Translations under genes and position numbers: made by a program
Part shown: in pieces, positions 36,701 to 48,749 of the stretch
How positions within the stretch are numbered: position 1 is the stretch's first letter
Layout: the number at the start of each line of letters is the position of its first letter
The notes under the pieces: model-generated
Seen by the model: only the letters and a program-made list of their open reading frames with translations
The model's database searches: none
What the model was told of the DNA's origin: nothing
NCBI GenBank assembly: GCA_009103225.1
Contig: RHPI01000193.1
Location: forward strand, 124,001 to 188,000
DNA: 64,000 nucleotides
Direction of reading: 5' to 3'
From: Chlorokybus atmophyticus
Taxonomy: Eukaryota > Plantae > Mesostigma and Chlorokybus algae

Positions 36701-37978
36701 GAGCGCATAATATGAATCGAGTCCCACTCACGCCCTCGCGCTCATTGCTGCCATTGTTTATGCGGCGTGCACTCGGGCACCTGTTCAACAGGTAAGATTG
36801 ACCAAGCATCCAGGCCATACAACAGCATAGCTTTGTTTAACGCAGTGGCTCTTCGACCAGTGGAAGCTTTTGCGTGTGTAGTCCATCTGTCAAGTGTGGT
36901 TTTGCTAATCAGACCCACATAGCACTTGCGGCTCCCCGTTGTCAAGAACATCACATAGAATACATGCGTGATTTTAGCAAAATGCAATGCGGGAGCAGTT
37001 GATGCAAACCTCTCGGCTTTGGTTTTAATCTTCTGATGGATAGGCAAGCTCCAGTGACACCAGCAGAGGATCAACAAGGTCAATACAAGATGTATTGACC
37101 TTGTTGATGCTCTGCTGGTGTTGCAACCAATCGTCCTGGCTGGGCATGGCGCTCGACCTCAACTGTAGGCACAAGGTACGACCAAAACTACACGCTAACT
37201 CCGACCAACGCAACTTAGCCCCGCATGCAAATGCTAATGCAAATTCGCATCAAATGCACAACACACATGCACAGCAAACCAAACGGTAGCAAACAATGGC
37301 ACTGGGTGACCTGCCCCAGGCCGGCCCTGGCAAGGGGATCACCAGCGACTAGGCATGCCGTCACTGGCGGCTCAACCAGAATTCAAAGCTTAGCACATAA
37401 CTTACAATAGAGATGCTGTATAGCAGTCTCAAGCGGAGAGGGGCCATGCTGTGTTGCACACCATGCACAATCACGAGGCGCAAACACAAGCAAGCAATGA
37501 TAAAATTAGGCAGGGGCCAAGGCAGAGCTTTACACAATTAAGGCAACAACTAAGAAAACACCCTAGACACCTAGACCCTCCAATAGTGGGCATTGGTAGA
37601 ACAGGATAGCATGGCAAGAGTCAACCACCTGCAGAGAGCAGAGAGAGCGCACAAAGGAGAGGTGAGGCGGTGTGGGTAGCGGTGGCAGCATGCATGACGA
37701 CGACAACGCTTGTAACGACATCGACTGCAAGGCCACCTGCGCTGGAGTGGCGGCCGCCATCGCTTGTAACCTTGGTGCGGTCTTACCAACAATGCCTGCT
37801 CGCACCCCTCAAGACCAAAGATCACGCTGTCAGCTACATGGCTGCAGCCCCCTTGTGGCTCAGCAGTCAAGTTTGGACAACTTCCGCAACATGAGTCAGC
37901 AAGCAGCAGTGAGCACCGCACTTAAACCCCGCACATTGCATTGTGACAGAGTAGGAAAACACCAAGCATGACATAACA
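30752..37978 (-). mobile_element. Penelope-like retroelement, GIY-YIG endonuclease N-terminal to RT (Naiad/Chlamys arrangement), degenerate
   Basis: EN: VFYVMF..KCYVGLISKT.LDRW..H..ALNKAM..YG..GYN (36424-37083). RT: LHDAFVITEVDK (~35720), LPHLYMTIKLYKDPPKPRFIAAA, TYDSTNLYTNI, RYVDDLLVIN (~31900), thumb VVSQCIRFLR. ~585-bp direct terminal repeats at 37397-37978 and 30752-31336 (also 25752-26336). Confidence 0.88.
32783..35704 (+). mobile_element. Ty3/gypsy-like gag-protease remnant inserted in the PLE RT
   Basis: Gag-like WTEEKAFRLILRYLKHEA; zinc knuckles CYACGAADHIQRDC and CGHCGKTGH; protease-like VLLNTAAQPVMLG..TSFDLLIG; PPT-like AAGGGGGGTGGG (~35522). PLE frames resume on both sides. Boundaries approximate. 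Confidence 0.7.
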
Positions 37979-38599
37979 TATCTTTAGAGGTTAAGAACGT
38001 TGAAGACCTCATGACGTAACAGTCCTTCCATGCAAGCGATGCTGGCTATACACGTGAGCAGGTTCTGCGCATAGCAAGCGCTATTGCGTCAAACGAGTTT
38101 CACGCAATACATCGGCTGCATGCATGTGACCTTTTGGATGGGGATGTGGACGCCTTCAGAGCCATGATGTCCGCCAACCTGTTTAGTTGGCGTCCATTTT
38201 CCACCTAGGCACGCAACATTGACGCCCGCGCATTTGGTCCAATGCGCGAGGCTGTAATGACTGCCCCCACGCCCGTCCACCTTTATGTGATGAAGAGCAT
38301 TGCTGGACATGCTTTACGTTAATGAAGGCACCTCTACGAAGTAGGGTGCCTGCTTTGTGTGCAGCAGCTGTCACACGGACACTTTCCTCAACTCTCGCGC
38401 TTGCTTCCCCTTCTTCTCGAGCCAGTTTTCCTGTGTGAGTTGAGTCAGCAATGTCGCTGCTGCTGGTTATGTGAGCCACTGTACATCAACATGGTCAGGA
38501 TTGTGTGTGTTATCACAGCCGCACACATGTGCGTGTATGCTGTCTCATCCACTCATTTTCTGCCCTTCGCACCAAGCCGCCGACAGCCACCACTACACC

Positions 38600-41500
38600 C
38601 ACCTGTCTCACCCTCGTCTCCCCCGTCGGCGCCTTCACTAACGCGATTGTGTCGGAAGTACTTGACTTACTTTGAAGTCAACAGGCATCCTCAAGTTGCT
38701 GTTGGTGGGGACCCACAATGCACGCGGGAGGGCAGCCGCACCAATGCCATAAGCAGCACGGAGGTGCGTGCATGTGTGTGGGTATGTGCTTGTGCGCGCG
38801 CGTGACTGTGCCTAGGTATGTGTAGGTGCATGTGTGCGTGTGCGTGTGCATTGTGGGGAGAGTGCGCACATGGGTGCAGAGTGCAAGCCCATGCACGTAA
38901 CTGCGTGCGAGAAAACTTGTGTGTGTGACCGTGCACAGACTGCACACAGACAGCCGGTGGCGGAAGAGGTCGCGGCTGGCGTCTGCCGGCGAGCTCAGAG
39001 GTGACATCGTGTGCAAAAGGTGCTGTTGGCAAGCAGCGGTGTTGAGTGTTGGGTGGTGTTGACTTGCAGCATGCATGCTGTCAGCAGTGGCTGCTGGTGG
39101 CGCATACGTCGTGTGTGTGGCACAGTGTCACGAACGGTGCTTGGTATTAACATGTGATTTTCACACGTCTTGATTTCACATGCCCACTATGTTGCAGGAT
39201 GGTCACATCACACTTATGCCAACATAGCACACCAGCAATCTCACACGCTTGAATGAACAGCAACACCAGGCTGCGCGAGTGCGTGTGGGCGTGCGGGGCT
39301 GCAGGGCTGTTCTACTTACCACAAACAGAGTCAACAAGTTCATTACGATTACGACAGTTCACCACCAGGCAGCGGTGGCGATATGGCGATGCGTGCGTGG
39401 CATGTGAGGGTGTGTGGCAGACCTCTGGCTGTCTGCACCAATCCAGCAGTGGCAACATGGATGTGGCCATATAGCCATCACATACTGGGTGGGGTAGCAG
39501 TGTGCAGCATAGCCACAAGCATTGCATCTCGTGTGCTGCTTTGCAGAGCAACTGTACCTACTGCCTCTGGTAAAGTGCCCACACAGTGTGCTATCAAGTT
39601 GAACATGTGCGCCTACACGTACTAGGCACATGTGCAACTTACAGCTACCCAGACTCTGTACATACTCCACATGCTTGAGGAGCAGCCCAGGTATTTGGCC
39701 TGGAGACACACTCACGCTCACACAGCACTGACTCTGCACTGAATGACCCGCACTGACAGACTTGCTGATGGCACAAGTACACGAGTGGAAGCAGCGGACA
39801 CCACAGCCTGCGCTCTACCACATGTGCACACTACAACGCGCAAAGGAACTGTGTCACCACCCACTAGGATGCGAATTGATCAAACACTACTACATACCAA
39901 TGTACAGCTGTGCATGGTCACCACACGGTGTGGTTGACCACACGTGCGTGCAGTACGTGTGACAAGTATGCTGAGCCTGACATGAGCCTGGTAGCGAGCG
40001 ACGGCGCGATACTTGGCTCCACGTGTACACATGTGTATCTATGTAGTTCATGTCGACCTCTACCAACAATGTGGCAGCAACTGCTGGCAGAAGCTTCTGA
40101 AGCGGTCGTCGTGAGGAGTTGGGTGGCCGACATCAACATGACTTGACGGTGTGGCAGGTACAAAGACTTGACTCGATGATGCTTGAAGGCCGTGCATATG
40201 GGGTAGTGAGATGTAACAGACTGTGCATGCACAGCACTGGATGCACGACAGACCAGCACACTATACGCCATACGCACACGCGCACGCGCACGCGCACACA
40301 CACGCGCGCGCCCACTGCGAGAGAGATGGGTTGAGCATTTTATTCATTTTCACTTCATGTACTTCTGACATGTTGCGCATCCTCCTCATGTGCATGTACT
40401 AATCTCAAACCACCAGTCCAACACAACTGCGTGCATTGCGAGACACCATGCGAGTTCGTGTTGCCGGTGTTGACAATGTATCCGTGCAACAACTAGCAAC
40501 CAGCAAGAGAGACTTCTCTCACATGCCACACGTACCACAATCATACGCACGCCCGGACCATGCGCCATGGTGCGCTCATGCTTGTTGACAGTCTTCGCGC
40601 ATGTGCGTGCATGGTTGGCCTAAGAACCACCCGCACCTCCGCCCACTACACAAGCATGCACACGCACATGCACACACGGATACACACATACATTCGTCTC
40701 ACGACAACAACTCAGGTCAGGGCTACGAGTGAGTTAAGCAACACTCACCTCGACACCAAAGAAAGAACACCATCTGGGCGAGGATGCACGTGGGACATGG
40801 TGTGCCAGGAGGGTCTCCCGCTGCACAAGGTTTGCAGCTTGGTGTGCCCACTGGCCCAAAGCTGCTGTAGGTGTTGGCCGTGTTTGTTGGCTCCCGTGTT
40901 GTTGTGTCCTCCAATGGGACCACCACACCGGCGTCGGCGAGGTCCCGGGGGGTTACACAGTAGTAGCGCGAGAACACCACACAGCGCAAGCCTTCCACCA
41001 CCACGCTGCGCATGCGACCATCTGTGTATAGCGTACCTGTGTGTCTGTGCGACCTGTGTGTGCGCGAGCGTGTGCGTGTGTGGGCACACGTGCGCGCACG
41101 TATTATCACACGTGCGTTCGCTTGCGTGCATGTGTGCATTTGTGTAGGTAGCAGAAGCAGCTTGACACACACGCACACGATGATGGGTACAGGGCGAGTT
41201 GTTGAGGAGGATGTGGCAGGGTGAGTAGGAGGGCCTCCCAGACCAACTGCAGGCCCAATACTGAGTTGCCGTGTGCTAAGACACTCATTCTCAGCAAGTA
41301 CTGACTCAGAAACGTACGCGCTGGAGGAGTACCTATGCTTTTCGCTCCGGCACTATTGACCTGTGCATTGGCGCCCTCCTCCTTGCAAGGTGCTGCATCG
41401 ACAGCTGTTACTACTTCCGCAACCATGTCGGCCATGACACTGAGCTGGACGCTGAGACTGGGCACGAGGTGCTTTGGTTGATGACATGGCAAATCACTTT

Positions 41501-42219
41501 AGTTGTCGAATCAGTCCGGTGTATCCAAGTGGAATTGAAAGCTGTAGGCGTGGAATCATTGGGATTGACAGCAGCTGAATGCTGGAAACAGTACGCTTTA
41601 TTTAGCAAGCTTAGTTAAGACAGGCACCAGCATTCTAGACACATACACACAAAATCACGCACGCACGCACGCAGGTAAGCATGCGTGCCAGCTGTGCCAG
41701 CTGCTGCGCAGAGGCGCACGCATGCTTAGCTGCGAGACACTGAGAGGGAGAGGCCAGCGCAAGACTTACGTGATATATTCACCTCACAACAGCTTGAAAC
41801 AGGGGAGGACCCTCTCACCCATGACCTCGTCCTTGCCCGCCAGCTGCTCCTTACCCGCCGCCGCCGCCGCCGCCGCCACACCTAAGCCAAGCCAAGCTGG
41901 GGAGCAGCGGTAAGACACTGCATGCGCTCACTGCTGCGTTGATCAATCAATTGTGTGTTGACCTGCTTAACGCACTTATGACTCGCAAAGTGACGAGCGT
42001 TGAGCGTCAAGTGGAATCAAGTGCATTCAGTGCCCTAACGCAGTGTTCTCAGCAGCAGTGGCGTCGGCCGTTGATGATTCGTCCACCAACAAGTGCAACC
42101 TGTGCGGCAGTGAAGGTGAGTTGTGATACTGACATCACCAGCTTTGCACTGGAGAGTTTCTTTGCCACTCGCGTATGCTATGGTTGACCTCCCTCCCTCT
42201 CTCTCCCTCTCCCTCTCTC

Positions 42220-42270
<51 letters not shown>

Positions 42271-42328
42271 NNNNNNNNNNNNNNNNNNNNNNNNNNNNNN
42301 NNNNNNNNNNNNNNNNNNNNNNNNNNNN

Positions 42329-42409
<81 letters not shown>

Positions 42410-43050
42410 CCTGTGTCTGTGTATGCGTGCGCGCGCGTGTACACTCAGTCAGTTGGGCGAGTTGATGAGGAGGTGAACAGCATGAGAAGGAAGTCAGGGA
42501 GGAGCGGGCGCGGACGCGGACGCGGGCACATGAGCGAGAGCACGAGGTTATTCTCCTCCTCTCGCCCACGGACTCCGCCAACATCTTAATCGCGCACATT
42601 GCACAGCGGCACTCTCTCACCTCAACAAAGCAGCAATAGTAGGTACATGCTATGGGGGTGCGTCGCAGTGCTGCCCGAATGGTGAGTGCACGCGCGCGCG
42701 CGCGCGCGTGTGTGTCCAACCGTCTTCTCCTTCAGGCGCACGCTGCAGCAGAATGAGGGACAGCCGCGCTTGACTGCTGTCAGCCGGCAAGTGAGCTCGA
42801 GGTTGTCCTCGCCACATGGGAGTGCTCTCAGGTGCGCGAGGCTCTTGAGCACGCTCTCTCTTACATCGCTCACGCGGGGGAGGGTCTTGCCAAGAGGAAA
42901 CGTTTGCGGAGGCCGCGAGCAAAGACGGGAGACAGCGCCTCGACGAAGGGGGGACACGCGCGTGAAATGATTGCTCTACACGATGAACGTAGGTACACTG
43001 AAAGTGACTGAGATGCAAGTGAGTGAAATGGTCAACCCACATCCTGGTGC
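38600..43050 (+). pseudogene. Unidentified spliced gene remnant
   Basis: Consensus donors (GTGAGT/GTAAG/GTGCG) at about 38763, 41221, 41675, 41910, 42116, 42683, 42789 and 43020, with TG/CA-type introns and YAG acceptors, all on the + strand. No long ORF. A possible decayed PHD start (KCNLCGSEG..CYG) near 42100. Confidence 0.35.
42193..42403. repeat. (CT)n microsatellite with an internal N gap
   Basis: CT run with N at 42271-42328. Confidence 0.95.
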
Positions 43051-44026
43051 GTGTGTGTGTGCCTGTGCGTGTGCAGGAGCGTGTAGGGTGCTCGTATGTC
43101 GTGCATCATGCATCCAGTGCTGAGCATGCACAGTCTGTTAGCTGATCTCACTACCCCACATGCACGGCCCCCAACCATCAGAATGAGGTGTTGTGCCTGT
43201 CACTATGGCGTCACGCAGTGACAATGTTAGCCAGCAGCACCAACAGAATAACACAATCCCCACGCCGCTGCTCCCAAGGTTTCCGCCAGTAGTTGCTGCT
43301 GCCACACTGCCACACTTGTGGCAGATACTCGGGTCAACTACTTAAATACGCACATACATGCGGTCAAGTACTATCGCGCCAGTTATTCACCACCAGTCAC
43401 ACCAAGCTCATGCACAGCTGTCACGCATACCATGCGCCCACAAAAGACATCAATCACCATGCACACAATTGCTTTGCAAAGAGTGTAGTTTGCAGAACTT
43501 GAGTGTCCGCTGTACTCTGTGTATACGGTCAGTGCACAGGCAACGCTTGTCACCACCTATGTCAGCGCATATGCATGTACATTGCGCGAGAATGTGTGTG
43601 TCCGAGGTTTGATGTCTATGAACAACCATGAGTGCACTTGCATTCCAAATTATCAACACAGCATTTGACCAGCTTTGGCGCAACATTACCACGCGTCACG
43701 TGCAATTGTTGTATGAATGAACGTTAAATTGTGTATTGCTGCACGCATAGCTTACGCCCACAATACTGCTGGTGCAGACAGTTTTCCGTTGTGTACAAAA
43801 GAACGACAGGGGAATTGCATACTATGCATCCGATCTGCACAGTCAAGGACTAATAACTTGTTCAACTGCACCCATTCAACAAACCACTGCCACAACAGCA
43901 ACTTTTACAGAGTCAAGACGCTCAGCTGAACAGATAATGCTCACTTTATGTACAAGACAGGTGGACAAAGCACACTATATGTACAAGGCACATGGATGAT
44001 AACATCAAGCACAACTTGGCCGTGAC

Positions 44027-44966
44027 AAGCGAGCAAAACAGTACCACGCATATCATCCTAGCATCGTGCTTACGCCACGCCACACGCAGCGGTGCAATAG
44101 CCACATCACCAGCCTCGACCTCACATCACCACTGCCATGCTGCTCTTCCAGAGCTCAAATGTGCACGCCTAACAATGAACAGTGTTTCGTGAAGTCTATT
44201 TGGGAAAAGAATCATGCCAGCACATAAAAACAACATGACAAACCTGAAGAGCCTTCATCAGGTGCATCATCCGAAACCATACTCTCCACGTCAGTGCCTT
44301 CACCAGCAACATCATCAGCCCGTAAACTCTCCATGGCCAACAGATGCACTGGTGTGGGCGCCGTCAAGACGTCCAAGCTTTTGGGACCAGAAGCAAGCTT
44401 GTTAATATCATAGGCCCATGTTGAATATGGTCGATGGCCAAACAGATTGGCCTTCACCATGGCAAGCAGAGCGTCCGAATTAGGGTCCAAGCGCCGAATT
44501 GCTTGGACCCTAATTCGGACGCTCTGCTTGCCATGGTGAAGGCCAATCTGTTTGGCCATCGACCATATTCAACATGGGCCTATGATATTAACAAGCTTGC
44601 TTCTGGTCCCAAAAGCTTGGACGTCTTGACGGCGCCCACACCAGTGCATCTGTTGGCCATGGAGAGTTTACGGGCTGATGATGTTGCTGGTGAAGGCACT
44701 GACGTGGAGAGTATGGTTTCGGATGATGCACCTGATGAAGGCTCTTCAGGTTTGTCATGTTGTTTTTATGTGCTGGCATGATTCTTTTCCCAAATAGACT
44801 TCACGAAACACTGTTCATTGTTAGGCGTGCACATTTGAGCTCTGGAAGAGCAGCATGGCAGTGGTGATGTGAGGTCGAGGCTGGTGATGTGGCTATTGCA
44901 CCGCTGCGTGTGGCGTGGCGTAAGCACGATGCTAGGATGATATGCGTGGTACTGTTTTGCTCGCTT
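44027..44966. repeat. Near-perfect long inverted repeat (466-bp arms, 8-nt spacer)
   Basis: 44027-44492 is the reverse complement of 44501-44966; spacer GCCGAATT; the right arm ends at a single N (44967). Confidence 0.95.
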
Positions 44967-45172
44967 NGGTCAAGTGCCACAACTTCGGCTAAATAAGGTT
45001 TGATGTGATGTAACTTCGTGGTTATTTGTTTTTCGGCGGTGATATAAGTGGGTGTCTTATAGGTCATTTAATTGTCCATATGTAGCTATATTTTTTATTC
45101 ACTTCTGCCCAGTGACGTGGCAGTTATAGCGCGCCAAAGCAACATGTGTAAAAGGCACAGGCCAAATTGGGT

Positions 45173-48100
45173 CTGTACCTTATTTCGCTGGCACATTTGC
45201 CTGTATACTGAAAGGAATGGCGCCGGCCATTGCCTGTCAGTGGCGGGCGAAGTGTGGCGGCGGCTGTGCTGGGGTTGACAGCTGCCTGCTCCCGCCACAG
45301 TGAGGCGGCTGTCAAGCTTTCCCCCGCCTCTTTTTGGCGGGAGAAAGCTGTCAACCCCAGGCAGCATGTGCGTGGCATGCACGTTCGTGTTCATGTTCAT
45401 GTGAGCGAGGCGGCCGGCGACAGCAGTAGCATCATGCATGTAAGGGTTGCGTAGGTACATGTACAAGGGTTTGGTTCTATGCTAGCTGCCTACTCTGAGT
45501 CGTATGCCTCTGTCCTAAGGGAGGGGGGGGGGGGGGGGGGGNNNNNNNNNNGGGGGGGGGGGTGTCTAGGGTGTGTTGCTCGCCATGCCCGCCACTTGGC
45601 GCCTGCTTGCTTGCCTGCATCGCTAGACCAGCTGCGCTCCAACTTGAACCTCTGCCACGCCGCCCACTCCACAAAGGGTTCATGGCCTTCACTCACCCAG
45701 CTCATGCAGTCCGAGTCCCACCTCCCTAAGATATCGAGCGCCTCCTGCCTTGTCTTCGCCCGCTGCTCCGCAACTGTGAGTGGTCTTTGTGCCTGCATTT
45801 GCTGCCTTGCTGCTGCTTGTTGCCTTGTAGCTTGTGCTTGACTCTGTGCATCTTGTCTTGCTGCTGCCTCTGCTGCCTTAGCCGCCCTCTTAGCTTCCTT
45901 CTGTGCTTGTGCTTCTGCTGCTTTGCGTGCTAACTCCTCGTTCCTTGCAGCAGCTGCCTCGGCCTTCTCAGCAGCTTTAGCCGTGCGCTAGAGCACGGCT
46001 AAGGCGCGAGCCTCCTTCCTCGCACGCACAGCCTCTTTCTCGAGCATTCATGATAAATGATACTGCCTGTCTCTGATCGGAGGGTGTGTTAGCCATTCTG
46101 TTGTGGCTGGTCTCACCCCTACTTTGCGCTTCTTTTTAGGCGGGGGAGCAGTGGCGTTGCTGGCTGAAGGCGCGTGGTTCAGACCAGAGCTGTCCTCCTC
46201 CTCCTCCTCGTCGTCTTGCTCATTGATGTTACCCTCCAGGGCGTCTGCAAGCACATCCAGCAAGCCCTTTGGGGGCTCAGGAGGTAAGTACTTGTCAACC
46301 GATGTGTCGTCCCATGGTGAGATGCCTGCATGCACAGGTGTTAGTCTACATGCACAGCATGTTAGCAGCTTGCTCACATGCATGTAGGTGACTGCACATT
46401 TACCACAAGCATGGAAGCCTGACAGAATGTTGCATGCACGAAGCAAGGAACAAGCAATCTCAAGAAGTCTTTATTAGGTAGGCTTCTAACTTTGCGGTGC
46501 GTGCTTAACCAGGCTTGATACTCCTTCTTGTAAGTGGCCTTGAAACTGCTAAAGCATGCTACATCAAGCACCTGAAGTCGGTGGGCTGTGTGTGGAGGCA
46601 ACACCAATACCTCCAGCCCTATCTCCTTGCACATGTCAATAGTGTCAACGCTGTAACGGCTCACATGGCCATCAGTGATCAGGAGGGCGGGGTTGCTTGG
46701 GCCAATGCCACCAGGAATGTTGTCGCGCAGGTGTATGATCCAGCTGGCGAAGTGCTCAGTGGTCATTCAAGCATTCTCCTGGCAACTCAAGGAGGCACCA
46801 GCAAGATTAGAGGCATCCGACCATTCTGGGTACAAGTGTTTGCCTGATAGGATGCATGAGGGGGGGATGGCATAGCCAGCACCGGTAACTGCAATCATGA
46901 AGGTGATATGCTGAAGAGCTCTAGAAGTTGCCAACTGAGCATATCTTGAGTTTCTACGCACACACACAATGGTAAGTTCTTGCATGTTGCATGCAACATC
47001 CACACACACTACAACATGCATGTTACTCACTTCTTGACTATGACCTCTGTGTTGCGCAGGGTGTTATCAGGCTCGATGCCGATCTCGTCGCATGAAATAA
47101 TGCGGTTGGGACCAATCTTTATGATGTCGTACACCTCCTTCAGCTTGCGGAAGCAGTCCTTCTCAATCCACCTTTTGAAGCTGCAGCGCCTGCTTGCATC
47201 CACCGGCTCTGCCTGCCTCTTACTCAACTTATGCCTCTTCATAAACGAACGCACCCATCTACCACCAGGTATGCCTTCCTTAAACAGTTTGCTGCGAGGG
47301 TCATTGCACAGCTGCTTGCCCACATGCACCTATCTCATACGCAGTCATAGCACAACCAATATCATTCTGCCAAGTCAGCAGTTGTACTAACTTCTCCTCC
47401 TCAGCGTTAGTCAGAACAGTTGGCCTCCCTACCCCCCTGCAACATGCTAGGTCTCAGCACAGCCCTCAGCATGCACAGGAATGCAACATTAACTCACTTA
47501 CTCTACTCACTTGTATTGTTCCAAACGCGCAGGGTCAGCCAGGTAATCCTTCATGGTGGACTCGGGAAGGCCCACCTGCCTGGCTGCCTTACACGCATTC
47601 ATGCACCCTTGCTGCACGGCAAGGATGGCGTCCTTTACTTTGGGCAGCAGGGCTTTTCTCTCCTTCTTATTCATATACGGGCCTCTCTTGTGTTAGTTCT
47701 GGAGCTCTTTCTCTCGGAGCTGCACTTGCTTGTTTGTGATGCGTTTACGTACCTGCCAGCAGAGTGCCCTAATATGGGCACAATGACACATGCTGGCCAT
47801 GCTGACAACAACCCGGGCTATGATGAACACTGAGCCCATAATAGAACAAAGCATAGCGTAGAGGCAGCAGTGGTAGCAGAACTCACTTGCGTTGTCATCA
47901 CCACCCTTGCAATGTGACCTTCTATCTCCTCAACCCCGTGTGCCTCACCTCATTCGCATGCTACCCATCACCCAAACTCTGCGTGTGTATGCTACCTAGG
48001 CAGCCAACACACAACACAACAATAACACAACACCAACAAACTCAGCTTGAAGCGCTAGACAGTGCAGCCCACAACACTAGTCAAGCCAACTTTGACTCTC

Positions 48101-48614
48101 ATGCCCCAACGGAGGGGTGGCAAACTCAGTTTCTGATAGCTTAACCAATAGGGCTGTAACTTTGCAGCAAGCATCCTCTATTCCTAAATAGCACATAGCA
48201 ACAAACCGCTTCCCAAATGCTTGCCCCAGCAAAAAGTTATGCTGGTCACTAAATTGTAAACCATTACGGCGCAACGCATAGGGGGTGCCATGCTAACTTG
48301 TTCAAAGCTCAATCTAATGAGTTGAAACTTTGATAGAAGTTGCATCATAACATTACAATAGCACTGCACCAAACCGCATGTTAAATCTCGTTCACAGTCA
48401 AAAGTTATAACCGCTAAGGTTTATGTGGCAGCATTTTACATAAACTCATTAATTGTAAAATTCAAATCTCCCGCTATACTGCTCCAAACGGGCTCATGTT
48501 TGAATTGGTAGACGCGTCTCGGCCTGAGCTCACAGTTCGCAAAAGCCCACCGCGATCTACGGCCTACAGCGCATGCAAAAGGCCAAACACCCCTGCAGCC
48601 GAAATAAGGTACAG
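45173..48614 (-). mobile_element. pogo/Tc5-like DNA transposon with a spliced, degenerate transposase
   Basis: TIR CTGTACCTTATTTCG(G)CTG at 45173 and inverted, ending 48614. HTH_psq-like DAILAVQQGCMNACKAARQVGLPESTMKDYL; CENP-B-like PGGRWVRSFMKRH..IISCDEIG; DDE_1 ALLITDGHVSRY..LVLPPHTAHRLQVLDVACFSSFK; acidic and coiled-coil tail. In-frame stops present. Confidence 0.88.
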
Positions 48615-48749
48615 CGCCGAAGTTAGGGCACTTGACCCTAGTGCTGCACAAAATTACAAACGGCAAAAATATCACGTTGTGGCAAAGTGAGTTGACATGT
48701 CTGTGAAACACTTGCTAGCTACGACAACAACCGCACACTCATACCTTGA

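Noticed and set aside
42622-42957. SAP-like stretch on the minus strand suggesting a KDZ/Zisupton element
   Set aside because: Splice signals here are on the plus strand and no KDZ catalytic motifs were found.
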